A stretch of 35,023 nt of DNA, from positions 1 to 35,023 of IMG/VR virus record IMGVR_UViG_3300048609_000087; one strand, given 5' to 3'. Source of the stretch: a virus (lineage: Duplodnaviria > Caudoviricetes). Positions 33,959 to 35,023 of this stretch are shown piece after piece; the first letter of the stretch is position 1; every line of letters begins with the position of its first letter. The notes under the pieces were generated by a model. The model was not told where the DNA came from. It saw nothing but the letters and a program-made list of their open reading frames with translations, and did no database searches. A program made the translations under genes and the position numbers.

Positions 33959-35023
33959 ATGCTTCGCGACGACAAGGTCGGCTACGGGCTCATGGGGCTC
34001 CTACAAGACCCGACTATCGTCATTTTCAATTACAAACTCCGGAAGTGGACGTTCAATAAGGACCTCCTGGCAAAACATCTCAAGGCGATTGCCGATGCCG
34101 GCGCCGACTTTATTAGGTTCCTTCTCTGGGGAGTCTGGGCGGCTCACAAGTACGGCAAGCTGTCTCAGTTCCAGCCGTTCCTTTTAGACGAGAAGGAGGA
34201 CGCCTGGGACCTCGATTTCTGGAACCAGGATTATTTCCCGATCCTGACTCAGGCGGTCCAATTAATCAATGATCTGAACATGGCGGCGGTCATTCCGTGG
34301 CACGACAACTGTCAGCTTCACGGGAAGTATAAAACGTGGTCGCCCTGGGCCAACAACGTCCAGGGGATCGAATCGTTCTACGAGCCGAAGGCCGACAAGT
34401 ACACGAACAAATTGCAGTTCACTCTGTATAACTGCTACTGGAAAAAATACGACGTAAGGTTCCCCTTCGGCAACGAAGACGAGAACAAGGATTTTCCGGC
34501 TATGGCCGATAGGGTGATCCTTCCCTTTGTGAAGAAGTATAATCTTGACTTTAGCCGCCTGACCTATGGGGCGACGGTAAAGCTTCCTTACAAGGAATCT
34601 AATCAGTATGCCGTCCGTACCGCCGTGCGGAAGATGTTTGGGAAATCGGCATCGGAAAAGATAGCGATGGAGGATCACGGCTATCCGTTCATCAGTTCTT
34701 CGTCAGATTGGCCAGAGGGTCCGGTCATCTGTTCTGACGATGGCTTCTATGACGGTAAGTCGTTGTGTGATAAGAATGAGCGAGGCTCCCGCCCATCGGC
34801 GGCCGAGTGGGGAGCCAGAGCACGTTATATCCTGAAGAAGTATCCGACGAGACAAATCAGCTTCGAGCACCTTACCGCCATCTATCCGCCCTGCACCCCT
34901 GCGAACACGGAATGCCAGGCCGTGACGATCAGGGCGATCAGCGCGTCCTACCGGGCGACGTTCGGCGTCTGGCCGAAAAACTACGGCAAGCACCTCTTGA
35001 CTGCCCCTAAAAATGCAACGTAA
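33959..35023 (+). CDS. Glycoside hydrolase-like TIM barrel (clan GH-A, GH5-like)
   Basis: AAGGAG RBS; IADAGADFIRF, FGNE (acid/base-like), EDHGY, ICSDDG. Confidence 0.6.
   Translation: MLRDDKVGYGLMGLLQDPTIVIFNYKLRKWTFNKDLLAKHLKAIADAGADFIRFLLWGVWAAHKYGKLSQFQPFLLDEKEDAWDLDFWNQDYFPILTQAVQLINDLNMAAVIPWHDNCQLHGKYKTWSPWANNVQGIESFYEPKADKYTNKLQFTLYNCYWKKYDVRFPFGNEDENKDFPAMADRVILPFVKKYNLDFSRLTYGATVKLPYKESNQYAVRTAVRKMFGKSASEKIAMEDHGYPFISSSSDWPEGPVICSDDGFYDGKSLCDKNERGSRPSAAEWGARARYILKKYPTRQISFEHLTAIYPPCTPANTECQAVTIRAISASYRATFGVWPKNYGKHLLTAPKNAT

Larger units (their letters stand above)
1..35023 (+). mobile_element. Tailed dsDNA phage or prophage (siphovirus-like), ends not visible
   Basis: Terminase, portal, capsid, neck, tail tube, frameshifted tail chaperone and 1140-aa tape measure in canonical order; no sheath gene; all genes co-oriented with frequent ATGA/GTGA overlaps. 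Confidence 0.97.

Noticed and set aside
31111-35023. Diversity-generating retroelement acting on the fibre
   Set aside because: No reverse transcriptase and no template/variable repeat pair seen in the window; could lie outside it
1-35023. Assigning host taxon or temperate versus lytic lifestyle
   Set aside because: No integrase, att site, clear CI repressor or host genes in the window; only indirect hints of a GC-rich diderm host

Overview
The window is most of a GC-rich tailed (siphovirus-like) phage or prophage genome, with every credible gene on the + strand. Gene order: HTH regulator and small early genes; SSB-like, Sak4-like AAA ATPase and Gp157/Gam-like recombination module; replication initiator with a probable internal origin; RlpA-like lytic transglycosylase; large ParB; RusA-like resolvase; lysis cassette (holin-like proteins, NlpC/P60 endolysin, lipoprotein); ParB-N plus C5 DNA methyltransferase; terminase, portal, protease/scaffold, cement and capsid; an inserted three-domain glycosyltransferase and SAM methyltransferase; neck and tail genes with a -1 frameshift chaperone; tape measure; tail tip; a fibre-like protein that starts with a signal peptide; and a clan GH-A-like glycoside hydrolase. 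No integrase, tRNA, rRNA, CRISPR array or reverse transcriptase is visible. The most notable items are a candidate virion glycosylation cassette in the head operon, a fibre-like adhesin with a signal peptide, a stem-loop displaying a 16S-tail-like anti-Shine-Dalgarno sequence, a near-consensus leftward promoter in front of a probable antisense sRNA, a repeated hairpin+AATAAATC element before RBSs, and an apparently circularly permuted domain inserted in the tail-tip protein. All family calls come from motifs read by eye and from synteny; no searches were run.
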